From assembly GCA_038868995.1 (NCBI GenBank), contig JAWCRZ010000001.1:34269-98268 (forward strand): a DNA stretch of 64,000 bases. The letters run 5' to 3'. The notes below the pieces were generated by a model that saw nothing but the letters and a program-made list of their open reading frames with translations, was not told where the DNA came from and searched no databases. The translations under genes and the position numbers were made by a program. Below are positions 1-8,096 of the stretch, piece after piece (the stretch's first letter is position 1; each line of letters starts with the position of its first letter). This stretch comes from Candidatus Woesearchaeota archaeon. Its GTDB lineage: Archaea > Nanobdellota > Nanobdellia > Woesearchaeales > ARS49.

Positions 1-2
1 AA

Positions 3-44
3 ACAGTGCGGGAGATTGTTGAATGGTTTCAGAAATACCTGTAG
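3..44 (+). CDS. C-terminal end of a gene entering from the left (TVREIVEWFQKYL*)
   Basis: Open frame from base 3 to TAG at 42-44; too short to identify. Confidence 0.3.
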   Translation, partial: TVREIVEWFQKYL

Positions 45-190
45 GCAGGATAAATATTGTTGTTAAACCATCACAAAGAAAAACGAGCTTCTTGGTTTTG
101 TTGCCGGATTGTCATCAAAACAGAAAATCTTGTACATCTTGTAATTCTTCCAATTTTTAAACCGATGCAAATATTAAGCGCCAAAATCTT

Positions 191-445
191 GTGTTGTGTA
201 TGTCTTACGTGCATTTGTTTATCGTAAAGGATGACTGTGTTTATCTTGCCAGCGTTCATTACAGGACTGCGATGAAACTTTTGGAAAAAGGCGTTAACAA
301 TATATTACCGTTGTTGAAATCGCGTTTTTTGGATGCTGGTTACCTGGTGTTGGATATTAACCGCCAGATTGTTGTGAATGGGCAGTCCGCATTTCATCTA
401 AGCAAAGTGCTTGGAAAAAAAGACGTATACGTGGTCGAGACATAA
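191..445 (+). CDS. Hypothetical small protein
   Basis: 84-aa ORF with GTG start and protein-like composition; no recognisable motif; start uncertain. Confidence 0.4.
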   Translation: MLCMSYVHLFIVKDDCVYLASVHYRTAMKLLEKGVNNILPLLKSRFLDAGYLVLDINRQIVVNGQSAFHLSKVLGKKDVYVVET

Positions 446-446
446 G

Positions 447-454
447 TTTTTAAG
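447..454 (+). promoter_or_regulatory. TATA box for Tyr-rich gene 1
   Basis: TTTTTAAG ending 27 nt before the ATG at 482. Confidence 0.55.
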
Positions 455-481
455 CTTCTCTACGTTCACAAAGCAAAAAAT

Positions 482-871
482 ATGGTGCAGAAGACTGTTA
501 TTGCGCTTGTCGTCATTGTATTGCTTGTCGCTGTAATTGTAAGCGCGGCCTACCGCTATACTTATTGGCCGCCGAGATATCGTTATTATTACACTTATTA
601 TCCTGTACAGTATTATCCTTATCCTGTATCATATCCTTTGTATATGTACCCGTATTATTATTCGCCTTTGTCGGCTGAGTATATGTTCCGGTATGGAACT
701 CCTGAAGTTCAGGTGTCTTATCCTGCAGCAGTTCAGGAAACTGCTCCCCGTGGCTCTGTTGGCCAGTTGTGCGGCCTTGTTGACAGCAAGGCGTACGGCT
801 GCTATTATGGGATGGTTTGTGACTATACTGCCACTGGAAAGCCAGGCATCGGCGTCTGCACCAGCCAATAG
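482..871 (+). CDS. Secreted or membrane-anchored Tyr/Pro-rich protein with C-terminal 4-Cys module, paralog 1
   Basis: MVQKTVIALVVIVLLVAV hydrophobic N-terminus; 25 Tyr in 129 aa; C-terminal GQLC-x9-C-x5-C-x12-C. Confidence 0.85.
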   Translation: MVQKTVIALVVIVLLVAVIVSAAYRYTYWPPRYRYYYTYYPVQYYPYPVSYPLYMYPYYYSPLSAEYMFRYGTPEVQVSYPAAVQETAPRGSVGQLCGLVDSKAYGCYYGMVCDYTATGKPGIGVCTSQ

Positions 872-872
872 A

Positions 873-880
873 TTTTTAAA
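873..880 (+). promoter_or_regulatory. TATA box for Tyr-rich gene 2
   Basis: TTTTTAAA ending 26 nt before the ATG at 907. Confidence 0.55.
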
Positions 881-906
881 GGCGTAAATGCTTTTTCTGG
901 CAAAAG

Positions 907-1281
907 ATGGTGAAGAAAACAGTTATTGCAATTGTGCTTGTTGTCCTTCTTGTCGCGGTATTTGCCGCTGCTTCTTACAGATACGGCGGCTATCTTCCAT
1001 ATCAGTCGTATTACGGGCCTAAAATGGCATATCCCAGATACGTTTCGTATCCGGGCTTTCCGTATCCAACTTATCAGCCGCCTTCGTATGTTTATCCGTA
1101 TTATGTTCCTGTTGGCGCATATCCTGAGCGGTATCCGGTGCAGACGCCGTGGACGTTTACCGGCGTTGTCCCGCCTCCAAAGGAAGGCCAGTTGTGCTCG
1201 GACGGATGCGCCCCTGGACTGGTGTGTGATTATTCACGTACTTCACAGCCAAATGTTGGCGTGTGTGCGCGCTGGGCATAA
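907..1281 (+). CDS. Secreted Tyr/Pro-rich protein with 4-Cys module, paralog 2
   Basis: MVKKTVIAIVLVVLLVAV N-terminus; YP-rich middle; GQLC-x3-C-x5-C-x12-C. Confidence 0.85.
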   Translation: MVKKTVIAIVLVVLLVAVFAAASYRYGGYLPYQSYYGPKMAYPRYVSYPGFPYPTYQPPSYVYPYYVPVGAYPERYPVQTPWTFTGVVPPPKEGQLCSDGCAPGLVCDYSRTSQPNVGVCARWA

Positions 1282-1282
1282 G

Positions 1283-1290
1283 TTTTTATA
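1283..1290 (+). promoter_or_regulatory. TATA box for Tyr-rich gene 3
   Basis: TTTTTATA ending 26 nt before the ATG at 1317. Confidence 0.55.
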
Positions 1291-1316
1291 GAAAAAAGAG
1301 TCATGTGTGAAAAAAG

Positions 1317-1829
1317 ATGGTGAAGAAAACAATTATTGCAATTGTGCTCGTTGTCCTTCTTGTCGCTGTTTTTGCCGGGGCGGCAAGCAAATGGGGCTAT
1401 ACTCGTTATGGCGCAATTTATTACGCAGGTGTGCCTTCTTACAATTATTATCCTGTTTATCATGATTACCCTATTGAGAGTATGTATTTTCCGTATGGCT
1501 TTGGTGTTTATTATCCTTATATGTATGATGGGTATTTCCCCGCTTCTTATACTCCTCAGATGAATTACCCGCTTGGCCCTTCATCGCAGGAGAGGCGTTT
1601 TGTGTACACGCCTGCAGAATATCCTACAATGATGGCGCCGATGAGTGCAGAAGGCCAGCTGTGCGGCGTGATTAACAGCAGGCAGTACAGTTGTCGGTAT
1701 GGGTTGACGTGTGATTATACAAAGACAGGCACGACTGGTGTTGGCATATGTGCAAAGCTGCCAATGGATTCCACGACATATCCATACCAGGTTTACGGAA
1801 TTTCCCAGAATTTCCCGTATTACGGCTGA
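1317..1829 (+). CDS. Secreted Tyr/Pro-rich protein with 4-Cys module, paralog 3
   Basis: MVKKTIIAIVLVVLLVAV N-terminus; Tyr-rich; GQLC-x9-C-x5-C-x12-C plus a Tyr-rich tail. Confidence 0.85.
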   Translation: MVKKTIIAIVLVVLLVAVFAGAASKWGYTRYGAIYYAGVPSYNYYPVYHDYPIESMYFPYGFGVYYPYMYDGYFPASYTPQMNYPLGPSSQERRFVYTPAEYPTMMAPMSAEGQLCGVINSRQYSCRYGLTCDYTKTGTTGVGICAKLPMDSTTYPYQVYGISQNFPYYG

Positions 1830-2449
1830 ATGTTGCTGAGTTTTGGCATTTCTTCTAAAAGTTTGTTTTCAAGTTCGCTCTTGCAGCGTGCATGGAAGGG
1901 TTCTCCTGCCCTAACCCACACATGCGTTTTTCCGTGTAACTCTTTGATTTCAAGTCCTACGGAAACATTTGGAATCGGCTTTTCAAATGCACCATTTTCC
2001 TGCGCACACAGTATTTGTTCAGCCACCCAAAGTTTGAATGGGGTTCTTATTTTTCCTGGAGAGCGGGTACCTTCCGGAAAGCTGACAACCGGTTCTTTTA
2101 GTTTTAGGCGCGACAAGGCATAATCAGCCGCTCGTTTGTTTTGCTGGTTTGCTTCCATTCGTGAATAGCCGGTTTTTGCAAAGTCTTTTGACCTCACCAC
2201 CATTATGCCTCCAATTGGCCTGAGGGCATAATTTAGGATTCCAAAATCGCGCATTATGTAAGTTGCAAGTTTTTTCTGGCTGTAAAGCATGACTCCTATG
2301 AAAAATTGGTCCATATTGCCTATGTGCTTTGAATAAATCAAGCATGGACCTTCGGGGAATTTGCCTTTGTAATGAACAGAGTATTTCTTTTCGAGGTATG
2401 CTTTCACAAGGGGTTGCGCAAGGTGGCATAGAAAGTCAAGGCGTGTCAT
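1820..2449 (-). CDS. PlsC/LPLAT-family (lyso)phospholipid acyltransferase
   Basis: HxxxxD motif (KHIGNMD) and FPEGTRS motif; start reassigned to ATG at 2449 (MTRLDFL), overlapping the nucS stop. Confidence 0.8.
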   Translation of the reverse strand: MTRLDFLCHLAQPLVKAYLEKKYSVHYKGKFPEGPCLIYSKHIGNMDQFFIGVMLYSQKKLATYIMRDFGILNYALRPIGGIMVVRSKDFAKTGYSRMEANQQNKRAADYALSRLKLKEPVVSFPEGTRSPGKIRTPFKLWVAEQILCAQENGAFEKPIPNVSVGLEIKELHGKTHVWVRAGEPFHARCKSELENKLLEEMPKLSNIQP

Positions 2450-3182
2450 AATAATCAAGTCGTGACTGTTTTTTTTCGTATTCTTCAAGATATTTTGGTG
2501 GCTTTATCGAAACAAACTCAAACCCCCAGTCATTGAGCATGCGTGCTGCATTCTCTGTTATTTTTGGCGCCGCAAGAATTCCTCTCACTCGCGTTATTCC
2601 TTTGCTCACCATTATTTTTTCTACATACCTGCGTAATTGAGTGACTGCCGACAGCTCGGCGCAGTACCTTTTGCACTCAACAACCGTCAAAACTCCATTT
2701 TTGTCAACACCGAGAACGTCTATGAAGCCATATTTGGTTTGCTCTTCCTGCGATACCGGCTTGAAGCCGTCTTCTATTAGTTCCGGGTTTTTGTAAATCA
2801 TGTCGCTCATGTCATCTTCTGTTCCCGCAATGCTGATAACCTGCCCGTCTTCCAGTTTATGGCTGTTGAAGAAGTGTATTTTGTCTATTGTGATGTCTAT
2901 GCGTTCTTTCTGTACGAGGTTTTGGCTTTTCAGAAGAAGTGTATCGTTTTCAACTTTTATTGTATGCGTTGTGCCGGGCTTCATGTAGTTGATCGGCGCG
3001 TTTCCAGTTGGCTGGTGAACGAGCAGTGCCCCGTCTGATTTTATAATTATTACCCTGTCTCCCCTGCCAAGATAGCTTTCTGCTCTTCCCGAATAGCGTA
3101 TTGTACAGCTGCATGAGAACACAATTGTTTCATTCCGCGATAGCGCATCGTTGAGCAATGTGCAGTAGTCATCCGGATTCAT
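2436..3182 (-). CDS. nucS: Endonuclease NucS/EndoMS (mismatch-specific)
   Basis: YSGRAES, IIIKSDGALLVH, E...YGFIDVLGVD...VVECKR and QLRRYV motifs typical of NucS. Confidence 0.93.
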   Translation of the reverse strand: MNPDDYCTLLNDALSRNETIVFSCSCTIRYSGRAESYLGRGDRVIIIKSDGALLVHQPTGNAPINYMKPGTTHTIKVENDTLLLKSQNLVQKERIDITIDKIHFFNSHKLEDGQVISIAGTEDDMSDMIYKNPELIEDGFKPVSQEEQTKYGFIDVLGVDKNGVLTVVECKRYCAELSAVTQLRRYVEKIMVSKGITRVRGILAAPKITENAARMLNDWGFEFVSIKPPKYLEEYEKKQSRLDYYDTP

Positions 3183-3211
3183 AAAAAGGAAAACGCAAAG
3201 CAGGTATATAA

Positions 3212-4255
3212 TTACATTTTGGCGTATTTTTCAATCTCGTCCTGTACAACTTCCAGTTTGACTTTTGCGTCTTTGAATATTTCGCGGGTGTATGCTGCTC
3301 CGTGGTATTTTTTCATGCAAACTACTCTGGTTATGCCTGAGTTTACAATCATTTGCGCGCATTTGTAGCATGGCTCCATCTTGCAGTATAGTGTTGAGCC
3401 ATTGACTGATATGCCGTGGCGTGCAGCTTGTGCAATAGCATTTGTTTCTGCGTGCGTTGTTCTGATGCAGTGCTGGGATGTCGTTCCGTCAGGGTTTTGA
3501 ACTGTATGCATGAGATGTCCTGCTTCATCGCAGTGTGCCAGCCCGACAGGCGCACCAACATAGCCGGTTGATATAATGCGCTTGTCTTTGACTATAACGC
3601 ATCCACTTTTTCCCCTGTCGCAGGTCGCTCGCTTGCCTACTTCTAATGCTAAATTTAGGAAATATTTGTCCCAGCTCGGGCGCACATCTCCTAGTTTGCG
3701 TTTCCATTCTTTCAGTATTTTTAGTATTTTCTTCTTCAGTTCGTCACGTGTACCATCATTTGTTACAATAATGTCTGCCATTGACATTACGGCTGATACT
3801 TGCTGCTTTGTCGGATCAGTGCTGGTTGATTCCTGTTCTTCCCATTTTTTGAATTCTTCAAAGGTTTGAAGGTCATCATTTCGTTTTTCTGTTGCTTGTC
3901 TTTGCTGCATCCTGTTCCATCTGGTTTTTTGGGATGCAGTTACGTTTATAAGCGCAAAATTTGGTTTTGTCCTGAGTATTTCTACCTCAACAGGGTTTCT
4001 GACGCTTGTTACAACGTAGCTTTTGTCCCATTCCATTCTCTGTAAAGCCCATCTTGCCAGAATTCCACTGCCGTGTTTTTTCCTTAGTTCATTGCCAAGG
4101 TTGATGAGATTTTCCCTTGTGTCCTTTATTTTGCGCTTTTTTGCCTCTTCGCGAATAAAATCAGAAAGTGAAATTTGGTGGAATCGTTCTTCCTTGAGAA
4201 TTTCTGCGACTGTGTCTTTTCCGGCGGCAAGGTGCCCTGTAACTCCCAGTATCAT
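3212..4255 (-). CDS. P-loop nucleotide-kinase-like domain fused to dCMP deaminase
   Basis: N-terminal GVTGHLAAGKDT Walker A; C-terminal RPSWDKYF, HAETNAI and PCYKC zinc-deaminase motifs; start at MILGVTG. Confidence 0.88.
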   Translation of the reverse strand: MILGVTGHLAAGKDTVAEILKEERFHQISLSDFIREEAKKRKIKDTRENLINLGNELRKKHGSGILARWALQRMEWDKSYVVTSVRNPVEVEILRTKPNFALINVTASQKTRWNRMQQRQATEKRNDDLQTFEEFKKWEEQESTSTDPTKQQVSAVMSMADIIVTNDGTRDELKKKILKILKEWKRKLGDVRPSWDKYFLNLALEVGKRATCDRGKSGCVIVKDKRIISTGYVGAPVGLAHCDEAGHLMHTVQNPDGTTSQHCIRTTHAETNAIAQAARHGISVNGSTLYCKMEPCYKCAQMIVNSGITRVVCMKKYHGAAYTREIFKDAKVKLEVVQDEIEKYAKM

Positions 4256-4402
4256 GGCACGGATATTCCTCAAGACCTATTTAAAATTTCATGAACTCCA
4301 GTAGCATGATTGCAGTTATCACATTGCAAACAGTAGATGGCGTGCCATAAATGAATTTAAATCAGCTGCCTATTGCATCTGCATCCGTGGAGAAAAGAGG
4401 TG

Positions 4403-4420
4403 ATTCCCCTTCGGGGGAAT
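4403..4420 (+). other. Perfect 7-bp hairpin with c(UUCG)g tetraloop
   Basis: ATTCCCC-TTCG-GGGGAAT. Confidence 0.7.
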
Positions 4421-4423
4421 TAA

Positions 4424-4525
4424 TCAGCTGATTGCTTCTTCTGCGTTCTGGTCATCTGCATCGCGGAAGAAAGAGCCAAGGTCTTTGTTTTTTAATTTCT
4501 CTTTGTAATTTACTGCTACTGCCAA
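4424..4525 (-). CDS. Small 33-aa ORF MAVAVNYKEKLKNKDLGSFFRDADDQNAEEAIS (not in ORF track)
   Basis: TTG start 6 nt after GAGGTG RBS; TTTAAATA box upstream at 4586-4593 (minus strand). Confidence 0.55.
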   Translation of the reverse strand: MAVAVNYKEKLKNKDLGSFFRDADDQNAEEAIS

Positions 4526-4656
4526 TCATACCACCTCTTTTGGTAAAAAACTTGTCGTCGTCCAAAAAAAATTTAGGCAGATTCATATTTAAAGAGTGTT
4601 GTAAATGAAAATATATTCCGCACTATACAGAGTGACAACAGTGTACTGAAAAGAAA

Positions 4657-5151
4657 TCACGCAAATTCTGCCAAGCTTTGCATATTGTGCTTGAAGATGT
4701 TTCCAGTTTTTGCGTTGATTTTGATGTTTATCGTCTTCAAGCTCTGCGTAAAATAAGTTATGTTGAAAATAGCGTGTCCTTCAGCGTGCTGGATGATGAA
4801 AAACTCTTTCAGTGGTTTTTCTCCTCGATAATTTTGTTCAAGGCACTGTCTTGCCGTTGATAGCGCACTTTCAATTGAAAGCGTTACGTCTTCCGGCTTC
4901 AATGGATGAATGTCTGCTTCCGACTTGAGCACTTCCTGTTCTTCTGTGTGCTTTATTTCTTTGTCTGAAACAACAAAAGTTACCATGCGCTCTTTATCTG
5001 GATTGTAAAAGCCAATCTGCCAAGTTCCTTTGTTGGCTTCGTCCAGCATTACAAACGCATGCGCAAGAAAATAGGCAGTATTTTCCTTGCGCCATTCCTT
5101 GAAAACAGAATTTCTGGTCAGTTTGGCAAAAGTTTCATGCAGGTCCATCAT
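4657..5151 (-). CDS. Hypothetical protein, possibly PepSY-like beta fold
   Basis: Real start probably MMDLHETF at 5151 (ATGA overlap with the MFS stop); the upstream part of the track ORF overlaps the MFS gene. Confidence 0.7.
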   Translation of the reverse strand: MMDLHETFAKLTRNSVFKEWRKENTAYFLAHAFVMLDEANKGTWQIGFYNPDKERMVTFVVSDKEIKHTEEQEVLKSEADIHPLKPEDVTLSIESALSTARQCLEQNYRGEKPLKEFFIIQHAEGHAIFNITYFTQSLKTINIKINAKTGNIFKHNMQSLAEFA

Positions 5152-6449
5152 TTCACCAGTCCATTTGCCAAGCGTTTGACAACCTGTATCCCGTGTATGA
5201 TTCCCTTGTTGCTGTGGAAATGCATTGCTTCTCTGAAGACATAAACAAGCGGGTATTCTTTTTTCGCCCGCGGCTCTGTGATTTTGAACAAAAGCAGCGT
5301 GCTGAGGAATCTGAAAATGCTGCTTATTACAAATATAAGTGGTATTCCTGTCAGGATGATTGTGACGTTTTCCGTTATCCATCCGCCAAGGATTGGAGCT
5401 ATGATGAGTGGTATTGCGCAGTACAAATTGTATTCTGCTATCTGCATGGCTCGTTTGCGCGGATCTGCAAGCCCGACCAAAAGATTGAATCGCGAGATGT
5501 CTGCTGCTGCCCAGGCGATTCCGCTGAATATTTGAACTGGTATTATTAGCCAGAGCGATTGTTTCGTGACTGCAAGCCATACAAGTGGTACTATTGCAGT
5601 TCCGATGTGCCCCCATACCGCAATCGGCTTGTCACCGTATTTGTCGGTTAGTCCTCCTATGTAATGTGACGATAGCACTTGGGCGAGTGTTGATATCGCA
5701 ACTGCTATGCCGAAGTACTCATAGCTGATTTCAAGTGTTTTAAGCATGTAAACTGTAAAGAATGGCGAAGCCAGCATGAACGCGAAGTTGAACGCTACTC
5801 CAAATTTGACAAGATGCCTTAGTGGGCCGTCTATTGTGAAGAATTCTTTTATTGCATGGTGGTCGTGGTCTTTGTATTCAGGCTCTTTGATGCGCCCTAT
5901 CACAAGTGTTGAAAAAACTGCGAGAATTGCCCCAAGTGCAAACATTATTGCAAATCCAACCGGGCTTTCCTTTGGGAATATTTTTAGCCAGAATCCTCCC
6001 GCTACAATTGCAATCATTCCGAATGCGGCTATAAGACGGTATCTTTGGCTGTTAAAGTCACCAAATGTTTTTCTCGGAACAACATCTGCCAGCAGGGAAG
6101 TATATGCAGGGTCTGTTATCGTTTCTCCAAGCTTTACAGCAAGGTAGAATAATACAATGAAGACAATGGGCGAGGAGAACAGGAAAGGCGTCAATAGTAT
6201 TGGAATCCAGAACACTCTTCCAAAAAGTGCGAAAAATATGTAGATGTGTTTGCGGTGGAAGTGCTGTGATAATTCCGAGCCGGGAATTTGTGTTATAATG
6301 CTGGCAAGCCAAGGTAGAGCGCCGAGAATGCCTATTACTTCGTTTGATGCTCCAAGCGCGAGTGCGAATGCTGCAAGGTATGCCGCGGTAAATCCGTCAT
6401 ACGCTGCCCAGAGTGCGCTTTGCACGAGCAGTATGCGCTTGCTGCTCAT
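5148..6449 (-). CDS. MFS transporter
   Basis: About 12 hydrophobic segments; GGLTDKYGDKP motif-A-like loop. Confidence 0.9.
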   Translation of the reverse strand: MSSKRILLVQSALWAAYDGFTAAYLAAFALALGASNEVIGILGALPWLASIITQIPGSELSQHFHRKHIYIFFALFGRVFWIPILLTPFLFSSPIVFIVLFYLAVKLGETITDPAYTSLLADVVPRKTFGDFNSQRYRLIAAFGMIAIVAGGFWLKIFPKESPVGFAIMFALGAILAVFSTLVIGRIKEPEYKDHDHHAIKEFFTIDGPLRHLVKFGVAFNFAFMLASPFFTVYMLKTLEISYEYFGIAVAISTLAQVLSSHYIGGLTDKYGDKPIAVWGHIGTAIVPLVWLAVTKQSLWLIIPVQIFSGIAWAAADISRFNLLVGLADPRKRAMQIAEYNLYCAIPLIIAPILGGWITENVTIILTGIPLIFVISSIFRFLSTLLLFKITEPRAKKEYPLVYVFREAMHFHSNKGIIHGIQVVKRLANGLVK

Positions 6450-7057
6450 AGTTTGAACACCATTCCCTCTGGCCCAGGGTTGCAGATAATTGTCTTCCCT
6501 TCTTTGTATTTGACTCCAAAGTTTTCATGCAAGTGGCCTGATAGTGCAAGCACCGGCTTGTATTGCTTGATAAATTCGGCATAGCTTGCGCATCCTGCGT
6601 GGTCGTCCATCCAATTGAGATAATCAAGTTTGGTATACCCTGGAGGTGCGTGCGTAATCAGTATTATCTTGTTTTTTAGCTTTTTCTTGTTTTCTTTCAC
6701 GAATCTTTCAAAGTCCTTGTCTCCGGAGAGTTTTCCCTGTCCGTAAAATCCTCCTCCTCCGTGTGCAACAAGAGTATAGTTTTCTAAGGGAACGACCATG
6801 CGGTGCACATAGTGCATATTTGGATATCTTTTGCAGAGTTTTTTGACTATTACATCTGTTTCGTGGTTGCCGTGTATTATGTAAACCGGCTTCTTTAGCT
6901 CTGCAATTTTTCTGATTACTGCTTCTATGTTTTGTTCGAATATGGTAAAGTCGCCGAGGCAGAATATGTAGTCCGGTTTTTCTTTTCTGATTTTCTCCTG
7001 TATTCTCTTGTAAGCGGTCACGCCGGCATGCAGGTCTGTGAAGGCGAGTATTTTCAT
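6446..7057 (-). CDS. Calcineurin-like metallophosphoesterase
   Basis: TDLH, LGDFT, HGNHE, THAPP and SGHLHE motifs; start MKILAF at 7057. Confidence 0.92.
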   Translation of the reverse strand: MKILAFTDLHAGVTAYKRIQEKIRKEKPDYIFCLGDFTIFEQNIEAVIRKIAELKKPVYIIHGNHETDVIVKKLCKRYPNMHYVHRMVVPLENYTLVAHGGGGFYGQGKLSGDKDFERFVKENKKKLKNKIILITHAPPGYTKLDYLNWMDDHAGCASYAEFIKQYKPVLALSGHLHENFGVKYKEGKTIICNPGPEGMVFKL

Positions 7058-7185
7058 GGCCTTTTGTCTATTGCTTGTCTTTTTAAGCATTATGATATTC
7101 GGCAAACTCGCCAGACTGAAAGGACTTCAGAGGGCAAGTGAGAAGTGTTTTCTTGCAATAGAGATGTGAAGAATATTTTGATGTA

Positions 7186-8043
7186 TTATCTGGGGAATGC
7201 TATATTGATGATTGTTCTGTACACGTCAAAGTTGCCAAGGACGTACGTTTCCACCAGCATGCCTATGGCAAGTACGCCTATGGCTATGAGTAGCAGTATT
7301 AGGTTGTATTTGAAAATCACTCCCATATTCTTTGACAGAAGTTTTTCCTTGACAATGCCGTCCGAGAGCGTTGTGCCTGATATTGTTGAGAGCATATAGC
7401 TGAGCCCTTCGAGAAAGGTATGAGGGAACACGCTTAGTATTACGAGTAGGAAAAGGATGAACGGGTTTGCGGTTGTAACAAGCCCTGCTGTTTTTGCAAG
7501 GTTGCCGAAGACTGTTCCCCAGACGCTGGCATTCCAAGCGATGAAAAGTATGGCGCCGTTTCCTGCTATTAATGACAGAAGGAAGCAGAGTCCGAGCACC
7601 TGCATGTTCCAGGTGAACAAGTCCCACCATAGGGGCCAGCTGAATTTTGCCGCCTGTCCGGTTGCCCTGCCGCTTACAACATCAAGCTGAACGTTGAAAA
7701 GGTGTCCTGCCGCAAGTTTTGGCAAAATGATTGAGAAGAATGCAAACGTGAAGAATATGCCGAAAAAGATAGCGATGTAGACCTTGACATGAGGCAGTGT
7801 TTCTTTTAGGTATGCTTTGAACGATGGCACTTTTCTGCTGGTGATTTCAGCGCTGTCGGTCAAATCGGATAGCGATGGAATCAGGAAAAGCGCTGTTATG
7901 CCGATGGCAATGAGTGCTGGGTCGCTTGGGAATATCATCAGGGCAATGAATATGCCAAGCACGGTGTACCCAATACCAAGAAGGAATCCATACCATGGGT
8001 GGTCGTGCAAAAATTCTGCCGAATACAGGCGCTCGAAGACCAT
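7186..8043 (-). CDS. SpoIIM/DUF95-like integral membrane protein
   Basis: Multi-TM; WN...L, AWNASVWG and FPHTFLE motifs typical of the family. Confidence 0.75.
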   Translation of the reverse strand: MVFERLYSAEFLHDHPWYGFLLGIGYTVLGIFIALMIFPSDPALIAIGITALFLIPSLSDLTDSAEITSRKVPSFKAYLKETLPHVKVYIAIFFGIFFTFAFFSIILPKLAAGHLFNVQLDVVSGRATGQAAKFSWPLWWDLFTWNMQVLGLCFLLSLIAGNGAILFIAWNASVWGTVFGNLAKTAGLVTTANPFILFLLVILSVFPHTFLEGLSYMLSTISGTTLSDGIVKEKLLSKNMGVIFKYNLILLLIAIGVLAIGMLVETYVLGNFDVYRTIINIAFPR

Positions 8044-8096
8044 GTTTCTATTGAAAACTTGGAGTTTTTTAAATATGAGTGGTAATTGCTGAGTGA

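Noticed and set aside
140-190. Programmed frameshift at TTTAAAC (156-162) extending ORF 191-445
   Set aside because: The frame that would slip has a stop at 142-144, and a -1 shift would not enter the 191-445 frame.
5152-5616. N-terminal extension of ORF 4657-5616
   Set aside because: Lies within the MFS gene in another frame; the ATGA overlap at 5148-5151 gives a better start.
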